Shown here piece by piece: positions 30,800 through 39,540 of a stretch of 64,000 bases of DNA. Each line of letters begins with the position of its first letter. The first letter of the stretch is position 1. The notes beneath the pieces are model-generated. The model was not told the DNA's origin. It saw only the letters and a program-made list of their open reading frames with translations, and did no database searches. A program made the position numbers and the translations under genes. Origin of the DNA: Limisphaerales bacterium (lineage in GTDB: Bacteria > Verrucomicrobiota > Verrucomicrobiia > Limisphaerales > SIBE01); assembly GCA_044225505.1 (NCBI GenBank), contig JBGAIN010000012.1, positions 17,358 through 81,357 of the forward strand. The letters are read 5' to 3'.

Positions 30800-31741
30800 C
30801 TACTTTGAAACCATGTCAGTCGTCTTGAGCCACTTCAGCATTAACTCGGGCCATTCTGTGATGGGCGCTTTGGCCTGCCGCAGCCCAAAGGCGTGTCCCT
30901 CTCGGCATATAGAAGGTGAAGTTAAAACTGGCACTGGCATTTGAAGTGCGGGAAGTGAGCCATCGAGTTTCTATCGTCACGTCGCGTTCAAGGCTTGCAG
31001 TAATAGCGTCGGCGGCGTGTTAGGTGGTGACTGTGTTTGGGTTCAGTCCTAATCGCTCGGTGCCGCTCCAGGCTTTCAGTCGTCGGGGATACCGGGAGAG
31101 AGGTGGCCTGGATAAAGCGCGATCGCGAAGTCTGGTCGGCAGCTCACTTGATCAGCCGCATCCACTGTCGGATACGAGCGTGTCTCAAAGTGCGTGCTTA
31201 TGGCGGCAACCAAATGCCCACCAGCCGAAAACCCAATCACGCCAATCTTGCGCGGGTCGATGCGCCATTCTGCAGCATGAAAACGGACCAGACCGAGTGT
31301 CCGTTGCGCATCCTGGAGTGCTAAGGGCGACTCTCGAAACGCCCCCACTTTCGGAGTTGGCGCTCGATACTTCAACAGCACCCCAGTGATGCCTCTGGAG
31401 GCGAGCCATTCACAGATCTCCGTCCCTTCAAGATCGATGGCCAATTCGTTGTAGCCTCCACCCGGAAATACCACGACTGCCATGCCCGTGTTGATCCCCT
31501 GGGGCGGATAGAGGGTAAACGTGGGCTGCGAGACGTTTCGTACCGAAACCCACGGCCTGCCAGCGACCTTGTTTTTGCTCACAGTCATGGACTCCGGCCC
31601 GGAAGGCACTTGCATGTCCGGTGCAGTGCCTGGCCAAATCAGAGTCTGAGTATGCCCCGGCGACGGCTGCCACACATTGGTCTGGGCATAGACTCGGGCA
31701 AACAGGCACATCACACCGAGGAAAAGTATCAAAACCTTCAT
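30800..31741 (-). pseudogene. Secreted alpha/beta-hydrolase (esterase/lipase-type) with a frameshifted C-terminus.
   Basis: The intact part reads MKVLILFLGVMCLFARVYAQ...VVVFPGGGYNELA...GVIGFSAGGHLVA...PDFAIALYPGH and stops at 31076-31078. C-terminal remnants downstream sit in other frames: TPPTLLLQA..., then ...GHAFGLRQAKAPITEWPELMLKWLKTTDMVSK, ending at 30800. Confidence 0.6.
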
Positions 31742-31748
31742 TTAGTAT

Positions 31749-32954
31749 TCAGGGGTTGATTGGCGGCGCCTCCCAGGAGAAGGCCTTGGGCATCCTGGGA
31801 AACGGCAGCCGGTTGAAAGAATCGGCTCGCGCCTTGCCAAAAAAGATAAAATCCGCATAGTCACACAACGCGATCCAGTCTCGCACTTCCTCGTCGTGGC
31901 CCCCTTCGCGGAACCACAATGCGGCTCTTTCCTTCGCGTTCAGGAATTCAAATACCGGGAGCGCAGCCAGGTAAGTCTGCTGTGCGCCCTCGGGATTGGC
32001 CCACTTATCGTCCAACCCGAACACCGTCAGCAATCCGCGCGGAGCCACGAGCGATTGAAGAAAATGCTGATCGAAAGGCAGCCGATCTTCGTTGCCTGCA
32101 AACTCACGCAAACGCGGCGAAAACCAGTAATGGAACCGGGACCGCTGCGTGATCAGATCGAGTGTCTCGACCCCATTCGGCTGGATGCGGAACGAGCCAG
32201 CCCCACCCGCGCCAGAGGCATGGGATGCAACCAAACCAAATCGCTCATCCAGCGCGCCCGCCAGCAATGCCGCCTTGCCGCAGCGCGAATGTCCGGTTAG
32301 CGCCATTCTTGAAGTGTCGATGTCTTGGCGCGTCGTTAAATAGTCCGCAAGGCGCATCGCGCCCCAAGCCCAAATAGCCAGCGTGCCAGCATCGCTCCCA
32401 GGGTAATAACGGTAAACCTCGCCGCTGCGGTCCCCTTTGTCATTGTCAAGGTCGTGGTAAACAAAACCAGCCGCAGCATAGCCCCGTTCCACCAATCGCC
32501 GCGCCGTCGCCTCAGCATGAGTCTGAAAGAGAGGATCGATCGCGACGATTACCGGAAACTTGAGGCCGCCCTTCGTTGGGACAATTACCCCGGCCCGCAT
32601 CGAGAACCCAGCCTGGCCGTTCATCCGAAGCACCATCTCGTGAATCTTCGCCTTACCCTCGAATGCGTCGCGCACCGTCTCATGCTCGACACTCAACGAC
32701 TTCGGGATAGGAGGAGGATGGCCATACTCGTAATTGAGCAGCATGTCGATGATTTCAAACCGCCGCTGCTTCCATTCCTGCAGTCGGGACGCCCTCTGAC
32801 CGCTGTTCATCAGAAAAACATCAGGGAGTTCCTTCAGCGCAGGAAGCTCGTCCGGCTGCGGGAATTCAGTCCCAGCCAAGCTCAAGACTATGCCCCCAAT
32901 CGACACGAGCCGGCCAACGAGAACGTAAATCAGCTTCCTCATATTGGCCTTCAT
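31749..32954 (-). CDS. CE15-family glucuronoyl esterase (4-O-methyl-glucuronoyl methylesterase-like).
   Basis: TGHSRCGKAALLAG carries the CE15 nucleophile motif G-x-S-R-x-G-K. Also present are LPFDQHFLQSLVAPRGLL and EGGHDE near the C-terminus, with an N-terminal signal anchor. Confidence 0.8.
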   Translation of the reverse strand: MKANMRKLIYVLVGRLVSIGGIVLSLAGTEFPQPDELPALKELPDVFLMNSGQRASRLQEWKQRRFEIIDMLLNYEYGHPPPIPKSLSVEHETVRDAFEGKAKIHEMVLRMNGQAGFSMRAGVIVPTKGGLKFPVIVAIDPLFQTHAEATARRLVERGYAAAGFVYHDLDNDKGDRSGEVYRYYPGSDAGTLAIWAWGAMRLADYLTTRQDIDTSRMALTGHSRCGKAALLAGALDERFGLVASHASGAGGAGSFRIQPNGVETLDLITQRSRFHYWFSPRLREFAGNEDRLPFDQHFLQSLVAPRGLLTVFGLDDKWANPEGAQQTYLAALPVFEFLNAKERAALWFREGGHDEEVRDWIALCDYADFIFFGKARADSFNRLPFPRMPKAFSWEAPPINP

Positions 32955-33171
32955 TTGAAGAGCGGCGAATCAGAATAGTCACGCTCTAATCTGAATCACC
33001 GCGGCCGGCCAAGCAGTCTGCCATTGCCGGGAGCCACGATCTGCTCGCAGGAGTCGCCGGCCGCCAACGCATCTTTCTTAGCTGACCCGATGTATCCACC
33101 CTAGCAGTCGTGGCACAATCGCCTCCAAACAAATAGAGCCCGCCCGGGCAACGAACCGCAATGATCCAACT

Positions 33172-33810
33172 TTACGGAGGTTTGCCTCCGAAGAGGATCA
33201 TTGGCGGCTCGGGAGCTTCTGTCCGGCTCCTGGGTCTCGCTCGCGATTCGAGGCGCAAGGCAGAAGGAGGGGGCCCACTGTCAACCGGCACTGGATCGAA
33301 CAGGTCGAATGTTTTTAGGATCGCGAATGGAAGTGACTTTACAACCCCTCCCAACCCCGGAGCGGAGCTGGTCTGCCGAAGTAATGAGCCGCCCACGAAC
33401 CGCGACTGAAAATCGCCCGGAGTGACGTAGTGAAGAACGACCTCGAGTCTTTGGTGCTCAGTAAGACTCGTCGAGCAATTGGTGGCATTTAAAGGAGCAA
33501 ACGGCAGCCGCGCCGCGTGACGAGGCGCCTCTCGAATGGACGAGGCCATGTTCCCCGATGCCTCAGAGGACTGAGCGCTAGTAACTCCTCGGTCGTCCGG
33601 CCGCGTCTCTGCTGAGAACGGAATCACCCAATCCAGATCGTGACGGGTACTGAACAGTTTGGTAGGTTCGTGGTTTTGAGCCATGGCGTTACCGCTTAGC
33701 AAGCACAACAACGCTGTCAGCACAGAATCGAACTCGGAGAAGGTCCATGCCGTTGTCGAGCAAACACCGCTAACGCCCTTAGTCCAAGAGCTTTCAGGTT
33801 TCCGAGCCAT
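33172..33810 (-). CDS. Hypothetical protein (possibly secreted); the coding status is uncertain.
   Basis: A 212-aa ORF that overlaps the upstream gene's end by 17 nt. It has a possible signal sequence (VLTALLCLLSGNAMAQ). The composition is Ser/Arg/Pro-rich and I recognise no motif. Confidence 0.35.
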   Translation of the reverse strand: MARKPESSWTKGVSGVCSTTAWTFSEFDSVLTALLCLLSGNAMAQNHEPTKLFSTRHDLDWVIPFSAETRPDDRGVTSAQSSEASGNMASSIREAPRHAARLPFAPLNATNCSTSLTEHQRLEVVLHYVTPGDFQSRFVGGSLLRQTSSAPGLGGVVKSLPFAILKTFDLFDPVPVDSGPPPSALRLESRARPRSRTEAPEPPMILFGGKPP

Positions 33811-34534
33811 CGGACATTAATCCCCTCATTCCAAGCCCCAGGCGTCGGTGGGTTGCCTTCGAAAGCCGTTTGGAAATTAACCAAGACAAGGCAGCGAGGC
33901 TGACAAAGAGGGCAATTCCAGACCAGAGGTCGTCACCGAGTCCAAAGGTCCACAGGAGGGCACCCCGATTTCCCATGCTCGGCGTTCGGTATGTCACCTG
34001 GTGGATCATGCTGTACATCGAGAGCCCAACCGCTGAGTAGGTCGCACCGCGCAGGCCCAGGCGATACCGCCAAGCCAACCAGCAAAACGCTGCCTGGGTA
34101 ATAATAACCGTCCCCGCATGACCGGCACGAACACCGACACCAAGCATCGCCCAATCTCGCGCATTCAGACTGCTGCCACTTCCCCACCAACCTGCCAAGT
34201 AGCCAGCCATTGCCCCGAAGGCAAAAAGCGAGACACACAGCACAGTAAACAACAGGAGCGGGCCGAAGAAAAAAAACATGAATGAGTATCGCACCGGCAG
34301 ACTGCCTTTGAAGTGAGCAGCATGAAATGCGGCGGCCAGCTGATCCCAATTGCCCAAAGTGTCGTTCGCGAATAATTCAGCCTCTTCAGAGGAAACGCCT
34401 GTCAGCTCGGCTTCCTGTCTCAAATCCTCCCAATGTTCCGCTAGCTCTTGCGCCGCGCGTCCGGCATAGCGTCGAGGCAAACCTCGCCGGCGCAATTCGG
34501 TTCGGAAAGCTTCAACCCGGCATTCCTTAGGCAT
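33794..34534 (-). CDS. PadR-associated membrane protein.
   Basis: It overlaps the PadR stop by 8 nt. The N-terminal cytoplasmic segment (FRTELRRRGLPRRYAGRAAQELAEHWEDL) is followed by several TM helices. This layout is typical of membrane partners encoded after PadR regulators. Confidence 0.7.
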   Translation of the reverse strand: MPKECRVEAFRTELRRRGLPRRYAGRAAQELAEHWEDLRQEAELTGVSSEEAELFANDTLGNWDQLAAAFHAAHFKGSLPVRYSFMFFFFGPLLLFTVLCVSLFAFGAMAGYLAGWWGSGSSLNARDWAMLGVGVRAGHAGTVIITQAAFCWLAWRYRLGLRGATYSAVGLSMYSMIHQVTYRTPSMGNRGALLWTFGLGDDLWSGIALFVSLAALSWLISKRLSKATHRRLGLGMRGLMSDGSET

Positions 34535-34862
34535 GTTGACCTCCCAATACCAGGCTGACCCCTCGCACTGCTCGATCCCAATCAGCGCTTAATGCCACCA
34601 AACGCCGCTTTCCACGACCGGTCAAACGGTAGTAATTCCTCGTTCTTCCTACCATCTCACGCCGCTGACTTTTGACGGCCCCGTCTTGTTCCAAGGCGTG
34701 AAGGATCGGATAAACACAGCCTTCGCCGAAAGCTAGAAGTCCGCTCGTTCGCTCTTGAATCGCTTTGACCAGTTCATACCCATACATTTCACGATCAGAG
34801 AGAAGTTGCAGGAGCAGCAGTTCCGGAACTCCGTTCACGAAATTCGGATTTGGTGTTTTCAT
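34527..34862 (-). CDS. PadR-family transcriptional regulator.
   Basis: LLLLQLLSDREMYGYELVKAIQERTSGLLAFGEGCVYPILHALEQDGAV...RNYYRLTGRGKRRL. Confidence 0.9.
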   Translation of the reverse strand: MKTPNPNFVNGVPELLLLQLLSDREMYGYELVKAIQERTSGLLAFGEGCVYPILHALEQDGAVKSQRREMVGRTRNYYRLTGRGKRRLVALSADWDRAVRGVSLVLGGQHA

Positions 34863-34878
34863 GCGGCGTAAGTGGTGG

Positions 34879-34899
34879 ATACCTCAATCCTTGAGGTAT
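34879..34899. promoter_or_regulatory. Candidate PadR operator (perfect 9-bp inverted repeat).
   Basis: ATACCTCAA-TCC-TTGAGGTAT lies 17-37 nt upstream of the PadR start codon. Confidence 0.4.
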
Positions 34900-35287
34900 G
34901 TCAATCATTGGAGTCTACTCCAACCGATTTGGGCAGCGCGCGACAGCCGCCAGGCACCACCTCAAAGTAGCGGAGATGGGCCGCTATTTTCTCGCAGAAT
35001 CATTGACCGCAGCCGAAAGGAAGCCCCTGACGATCTCTCTCTGCTAATCGGCGTCGCTGTCGCCATCATCATCGTGGTCGCGCCGGGCGGGGAGTGCGCC
35101 AGAGCAGGTCCCTCCGAAATGTTTAAGACGCGTCCCGATTCGTCAGGGTGCGTTAGCGTCCGGTGGCTACCGGAACGAAGCTTCAGCCGCGGCGGCAGAC
35201 TGATAGCCTGAAAACTGTTTCTTCTTTCAAGTGCGAGTCAAACAAAGCGTGATTGGCACGAATCGCACTCGCATTGAGCGACGCGAA

Positions 35288-36544
35288 TCATTGCGCCGCG
35301 CGCACTTCAAATCGGTATGGGTATGACTTGGCTTGGGCGCGCGCCAACTCAGTGAGTTCCTGATCGAGCCGTGCGAAAGTCGTCGCCAAGGCCGCGGACC
35401 CGGGATTGTTGATATTATACTGCGTGCGGAACTTTTCGCCCATCCACACCTTGTCTCGGGCATCGACCAGCTCCTTTACGATATCAGACTGCGCATCCCA
35501 CGGCCCCCCTGGCTCCCAACCGTCCGCCGTCGCTGACGCGATGTTCACTCCTCCAGCCAGTTGCTTCTCGTCCCAAGTGCCGATCAACCGCCCTTCCGCG
35601 CGCACGGTATATCGCCCAGCGGCAAGCCCTTTCACAGCCATACGATAGCCGTTCAACGTGTCTGGCACCGGAATGAACTGATATTGCAGCGCGCTCAAAA
35701 TCCCAAGATTCATGGGTAGGCCAGCATCCGTGCGCACAAACGTCACGCCATCGGACAGCGTCTTGAAGTCGCTGATTTCGCAACCGGTAGCGCCGAGAAC
35801 TTTCCCGGCCGCCGCATCCACAGCAGCATCGGAAACTTCTGCTTCCGCGCCGAGTCCTCTTAACATCGCCCATCCCATGGCCAACTGACCGAGATCATTC
35901 AGATGCACACCGTCGTCCACATGGAGTCGAGTGGCTTTCTTGCTATCTGTCTCTCGGGCATTCGCTGCCACCACCTTGCGCTGCACATCCCGCATCCTGC
36001 GCGAGAGATCAATCGTCCCTGCGCCCAACGATTTCGCTAACGCCAGGCCCTCATCCGCCATCGTTTGCAGGAAACCTTTTTCTCCTTTATCCGGGTCTTC
36101 ATGCAACACCGCCGGAGAACAAATAAACACCCGCACATTGCGCTTTTGACACTCCGTAACAATCGAGTGGATACCATCTAGATATTTCTGTGTGTGTGCC
36201 TGATCCGCCTTTGTGCCCCAACCGATGTCATTCACGCCAAATGCGACCGTTACCACCGTCGCTCCGTGCGCAAACACATCACGTTCCAGTCGAGTGACTG
36301 CCCCCGCCGCTGTGTCCCCGCCTTGCCCAGCATTCCAAAACCGCACACGCCGATTCGGGTATCTCATCAGCGTATACAGCTCTACGACCTTCGTGTAACC
36401 GCGCGCGGCCGTGATGCTATCCCCCAGGAACACCAGCGTATCGCCATCCTTCAGGGCAAAACCCGTTTCGCTTTCGCCTGCCTGACATGCAAGGGTGATA
36501 AGCAACAACGCGCCACTGATAAACGCGAGCGAATTCGCTAGCAT
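35288..36544 (-). CDS. SGNH/GDSL hydrolase with an uncharacterised C-terminal domain of about 200 aa.
   Basis: I chose the start at MLANSLAFISGALLLITLACQA (signal peptide). The SGNH blocks are FLGDSIT, GQGGDT, FGVNDIGW and DDGVHLN. Confidence 0.8.
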   Translation of the reverse strand: MLANSLAFISGALLLITLACQAGESETGFALKDGDTLVFLGDSITAARGYTKVVELYTLMRYPNRRVRFWNAGQGGDTAAGAVTRLERDVFAHGATVVTVAFGVNDIGWGTKADQAHTQKYLDGIHSIVTECQKRNVRVFICSPAVLHEDPDKGEKGFLQTMADEGLALAKSLGAGTIDLSRRMRDVQRKVVAANARETDSKKATRLHVDDGVHLNDLGQLAMGWAMLRGLGAEAEVSDAAVDAAAGKVLGATGCEISDFKTLSDGVTFVRTDAGLPMNLGILSALQYQFIPVPDTLNGYRMAVKGLAAGRYTVRAEGRLIGTWDEKQLAGGVNIASATADGWEPGGPWDAQSDIVKELVDARDKVWMGEKFRTQYNINNPGSAALATTFARLDQELTELARAQAKSYPYRFEVRAAQ

Positions 36545-36630
36545 CCTAATTATATAATCGCGCTGCCGTTGCCCATACATCCAAAACCTCTCGTGGCAGT
36601 CATGAGCCGAGTGGCGACGGTGATAGACTT

Positions 36631-37622
36631 TCATTCTTTCGCCTTCGCTTCCGGAGGAGCGGGAGAACTCGCATCCTGCACCACGGCTTCCGGCCAACCG
36701 TCGAGATTCCAGCGCAGCGGCATGATTGCCAGAGTCGCTTTTCCGTCCATACGCAAGTCGCCTTCAAACTTGCACGTGAACCAAGTCTTTCCTTCTGAGG
36801 TTAGGATCGACGCATGCCCCGGGCCGATCAGTGGACCGTTTTTTGTCGGTAGGAAAGTGCTGCCTCCGCTCTGGAGCAGGTTCACGCCGGCCTTGTCCAC
36901 GTATGGACCCGTGATCGTTTTGCTTCGCCCGATTCGGATGTTGTAGGTGCTCTTTGGACCTTGGCAACAGGATCCCCAGTTCACGAAGAGATAATAGTAA
37001 TCCTCATGCCGGGATAGAAAGGCGGCTTCAATCGACTCGTTGTAAGCGAGCGAAACCATTGTCGACTCGGGAGTGATTCGTTTACCGGTTTTTGGATCGA
37101 GCTGGATTAATTTGATCCCAGTCCAATACGAACCAAACACCATCCACAGACTTCCATCCGTGTCTTGAAAGATCGCCGGATCAATGGCGTTGTAAGCACT
37201 GCCCTCCTGCCCTTCTCGCGTTTGGACCACGATGCCCTGATCTGTCCAATGATACGTCGGATCCTCCGGGTCGAGCGTGGAATTGGTCGCCAAACCGATG
37301 GCAGAGGTCATCTTCCCCATCGACGAAACCGAATAATAGAGCAGGTAGCGCTCCCCCACCTTGATGATGTCCGGAGCCCAGTAAGACATGCCACTCCCGT
37401 GTAGAAAACCCAGTATTCATCTTTGCTCTTCACGATGCTGGACGGATCGCGCGTGACAATGCCGCGACTCGCCGACTGCTCCAACGCTTGGGCAGGATAA
37501 ATCCTGGGCGTGTCCGTTCGGCCGGTTGCCGTTTGCGCGTTCGCCGCAACGGCAACGACCAGTGTGCCGAGGAGCAAGGCTGCAAGACGCTGACGGAATC
37601 GGCGACTACTCATAAGTCTCAT
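36631..37622 (-). pseudogene. GH43-family glycoside hydrolase (arabinanase-like) with an internal deletion and a frameshift.
   Basis: The N-terminal piece MRLMSSRRFRQRLAALLLGTLVVAVAANAQ...VTRDPSSIVKSKDEYWVFYTG is in one frame. It is followed directly, in another frame, by SGMSYWAPDIIKVGERYLLYYSVSSMGKMTSAIGLATN...AIDPAIFQDTDGSLWMVFGSYW...YYYLFVNWGSCC. The block normally found between these motifs is missing. Confidence 0.7.
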
Positions 37623-37675
37623 GGCGATCACTTTGAAGCGAACTTCAGCGCGATTCAATCCTTCAGCCTTTGGCT

Positions 37676-39409
37676 TCACGCATACGTGCCCAGCGCTTGA
37701 TGTACCCCCTCCACAGCCATGCCGCCCTCCCCCACCGCAGCGGCGCAGCGTTTGACAGAACCCGAGCGGCAATCTCCGGCCGCAAAAACACCGGGTCGGC
37801 TAGTTTCCAACGGTCCCGGCGGGCGCCCCGCTGCTTTCCCGGCGGGCGCACCCGCCACGGCCGGGCCGGTTTTGATGAAGCCCTTTTCATCACGCTCAAT
37901 GTCCGGTGGCAGCCAGTTGGTGCAAGGCTTCGCACCAATCATAGAGAAGACAGCGGGTGTTGGCACCGTGCGCCGCTCACCCGTTTTCGTGCTTTCCAGC
38001 TCGACCGATTCCAATCGTTTGCCACCGCTCATTTTCCGAATTACGGTGTGGCATAGAATCTCGATGTTCTCTTTCCCCTCGACGCGGCGGGAGAGATAAC
38101 TCGACATGCTTTTGGAAAGGTCATTGCCGCGAATGACGAGCAGCACTTTCGCTGCGCCCTCCGAGAGGAACATGGCGGCTTGTCCGGCGGAATTTCCGCC
38201 GCCAGCGACAATGACCGTGGAACCGCGGCAGACCTGACCTTCGAGCGCGGTAGCGGCATAGTAAACGCCCAACCCCTCAAAGCGCTCACGCCCATCGGCT
38301 TCGAGCCTATTGTAGTCCGCCCCAGTCGCGATGATGATGTTTTTGGCGCGCAGTGTCGCTCCACAACCTTCGATCTGCAGCACCGACGGGTGGTCGCCCT
38401 CGTCAAAGGAAAGAGACAGAGCTTGCGCTGGTGTCGAGAATTTTGCACCGAAACGGAAGGCCTGAAGTTGGGCGCGGTTTGTCAACTCGCCCCCGCTGAT
38501 GCCGGTGGGAAAACCGAAGAAGTTTTCGATCAGCGAAGACGAGCCCGCTTGCCCGCCCGGCGCGTAGCTTTCCAGGACAATGGTGTTCAAGCCTTCAGAC
38601 GCCGCGTTGACCGCCGCAGAAAGGCCTGCGGGTCCTGCTCCCACGATGGCCAGATCGCACCAGATCTCAGTCTCACCTTCCTGGGCCAGCGGTCTGAGCA
38701 AGCCCGCGACCTGGGCGACGGTTCTCAGCGATGGTTTACGCAACGGCCTCCCGTCGGCGGTGATTAGCGCAGGGAGATCCTGCGAGGTCAGATTCAAGCG
38801 CCCGCAGATCGACACACCGCTCTCGCTTTCAACTAGGATGAGCCGATGCGGGATGTGGTTCTTGTCGAGAAAATCGTGAAGCCTATGCCCCTCTCGTGAG
38901 CCCTCGGCGGACACCACACGCAGGCCCGCAAACTCGCGGTCCCTCTGCAGGCGCGCACGGCGCATAATGAACGCATTGACAATCGGCTCGCCCACGCCCG
39001 GCAACTCCGCGAGGGCGCGGCGCAACTCTGCGGCGGACACCTCCAGAATCTCGGACTGCTCCGCTTTGCCGCGTGCATTGGCCAGCGCCGAAGTGCCATT
39101 TAGTGTGGATACGTCGCCGACGAAATCGCGCGGCCCTGGCGTGGCAAGAATCTGTTCGTGCCCATCCCGCGCCTCAAACACCTCTAATTCACCGGAGAGC
39201 ACCACCGTCAGCCCAAGGTCACGTCGGCCTGCTTTGAAAATGATCTCGCCTGCGCGCACTGTCCGACGCTTGCCCAACGGATCGAGCAGTGCGAGCTGTC
39301 GGTCGTCGAGCTTTACAAACGCGACACTTTCCGTGTCACGGTAAAATTGTTCATCCTGTTCTTCATCAGTCATAGCCATTCCTCCGGAATCAAGCACGAT
39401 ACTCCCCAC
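37676..39409 (-). CDS. Cyclic-nucleotide-binding domain fused to a thioredoxin-reductase-like FAD/NAD(P) oxidoreductase.
   Basis: The N-terminal cNMP-binding-like region reads RTVRAGEIIFKAGRRDLGLTVVLSGELEVF. The first dinucleotide-binding site is LAIVGAGPAGLSAA, the second is VIVAGGGNSAGQAA, and GVFAAGDCRSGSVKR lies at the C-terminus. Confidence 0.85.
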   Translation of the reverse strand: MGSIVLDSGGMAMTDEEQDEQFYRDTESVAFVKLDDRQLALLDPLGKRRTVRAGEIIFKAGRRDLGLTVVLSGELEVFEARDGHEQILATPGPRDFVGDVSTLNGTSALANARGKAEQSEILEVSAAELRRALAELPGVGEPIVNAFIMRRARLQRDREFAGLRVVSAEGSREGHRLHDFLDKNHIPHRLILVESESGVSICGRLNLTSQDLPALITADGRPLRKPSLRTVAQVAGLLRPLAQEGETEIWCDLAIVGAGPAGLSAAVNAASEGLNTIVLESYAPGGQAGSSSLIENFFGFPTGISGGELTNRAQLQAFRFGAKFSTPAQALSLSFDEGDHPSVLQIEGCGATLRAKNIIIATGADYNRLEADGRERFEGLGVYYAATALEGQVCRGSTVIVAGGGNSAGQAAMFLSEGAAKVLLVIRGNDLSKSMSSYLSRRVEGKENIEILCHTVIRKMSGGKRLESVELESTKTGERRTVPTPAVFSMIGAKPCTNWLPPDIERDEKGFIKTGPAVAGAPAGKAAGRPPGPLETSRPGVFAAGDCRSGSVKRCAAAVGEGGMAVEGVHQALGTYA

Positions 39410-39540
39410 ATATTGGCGCCTCGTAAAGAAACGCGGCTCCGTTAGGCTAAGTCACCCCGGCTCCGTTCGCCAGCGATCGCTTTTCTGGCAAACTCCGAGT
39501 TGGAGATTGAACTCATTGGCGTCCTGCTTATCCTGGCGGC

